A stretch of 64,000 nt of DNA from Chara braunii. Taxonomy: Eukaryota; Plantae; Charophyceae. Below are positions 62,812 to 64,000 of this stretch, piece by piece. The stretch lies in the NCBI GenBank assembly GCA_003427395.1, contig BFEA01000023.1, positions 4,879,699 to 4,943,698 on the forward strand, in the 5' to 3' direction. Below the pieces are notes generated by a model, which was not told the DNA's origin, did not search any database, and saw only the letters and a program-made list of their open reading frames with translations. The translations under genes and the position numbers were made by a program. Numbering within the stretch: the stretch's first letter is position 1; each line of letters opens with the position of its first letter.

Positions 62812-63504
62812 CATGTAGTTTGTGGTATCCAGAAAACGGGGCATGTTTTTCGGGTCTTTACCGTACAGATGACGAACTCCACGCGTCGCGCCGCAGTTGT
62901 GCTCCTAATTACGAGTCATTAACGCTGGTGCTCATTTGGCTCGAGCGGATTGCGGACTTGGCTAATCGCAAATCACATTGTCTTCTACCTGATCAGCTAA
63001 GGGCAGCTGTAGTTGCGGTGTGTGACGACAAGGCGTGATGTCGTTGGCCCACAACTAATTTTGTCTAAGTTCTTTTTACGGGTTTGGACGGGGTGTTCAG
63101 GTTCTCTCCCACCAATCAATCAATCAAATCGGTCAATTAATGAATCGATAAATTAATCGACCAATCAGCCAATCGATCGATCAGTCGATTAATGAATCAA
63201 TCAGTCGAACACGTTCGGGGTGCAGGATGTCTCGCTTTCTATCTGCTTTCTCATTGCTGCTTTTATATAATTATAATAATATTAGCAGAGTAGGGAAGGT
63301 TGGAATCACTGAGCTTCTCGTCTTAAGTACACACGCCCATGGAGATCGGTCCAGGCTGGACTCGGAGTTTGTGGTGATGGACAGATCATTAGTGCCATGA
63401 CGCGGAAGGGAAAGAGGATGAGAAGAGGAAGAACAAGAAGGTGGTTGGAGAATACTCAAGTAAGGAGGAAAGAGGAGTAGTTGTATGCAACGTTATTGCT
63501 CTAT

Positions 63505-63539
<35 letters not shown>

Positions 63540-63965
63540 TTGTTGATGATGATGATGATGATGATGATCCCCACACAAATGAGGTGATGGACAGGTGAAC
63601 CTACACCTAACCCTCTCCCCCCCTTCCCCCCTTCCCCCCTTCACTCTCTTCCTATTTCGCTTTGTGAGCGAAGCCGCAACTCCTCATCTAGTTTGTAATG
63701 ATGATTGGTGATGATGGTGATTGATAATGGTGATTGATGATCATGATTGATAATGTGATTGGTAATGATGGTTGATGATCATGATTGATAATGATGATTG
63801 GTAATGATTATTGGTAATGATTATTGATGATGATGACATTGATAATTGATGATGATGATGATGATGATTGACGATGATGTCGATTGATAATGATGACTGA
63901 TGATGACGATGATTGATAATGATTGTGATAATTGATGATGATGATGATGGTGATGATGGTGATGA
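63505..63965. repeat. (GAT)n-rich compound microsatellite
   Basis: Directly visible. Confidence 0.9.
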
Positions 63966-64000
63966 AGAGGTAAGGATAGGAGAGACCAGTGACGAACGGT

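Noticed and set aside
63280-63400. Candidate final exon of ATP synthase epsilon
   Set aside because: Several AG acceptors are possible (e.g. near 61973 and 63288) but none gives a recognisable C-terminus; the exon may lie outside the window.

Overview
Repeat-rich eukaryotic nuclear scaffold with five N-gaps. The plant-type genes, plant U6 sequence, plastid rRNA fragment, very long introns and microsatellite load suggest a streptophyte; a charophyte alga such as Chara is my inference and is not proven. Two host genes are clear and point away from each other. One is a 3-exon Yip1-family (YIP4/YIPF6-like) gene on the minus strand (32234->17937, 272 aa, introns of about 10.1 and 3.3 kb). The other is the first coding exon of mitochondrial ATP synthase subunit epsilon on the plus strand (59316-59508). 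Between them is a full-length but decayed 9.5-kb L1-like LINE with a perfect 19-bp TSD, inserted into the tail of a tRNA-derived SINE. It is followed by about 12 kb of dispersed repeats carrying fragments of abundant RNAs: a duplicated 1.75-kb unit with two rearranged 25S/28S rRNA pieces and the 3' half of U6, a plastid-type 16S rRNA 3' end, and three copies of an unidentified conserved block. The rest is MITEs (Harbinger-, hAT-, Tc1/mariner- and Mutator-like), minisatellites (including G-box and E2F-like motif arrays in the Yip1 intron), a U6 pseudogene, and a Nextera mate-pair junction adapter that is an assembly artefact. All calls are by eye; no searches were run.
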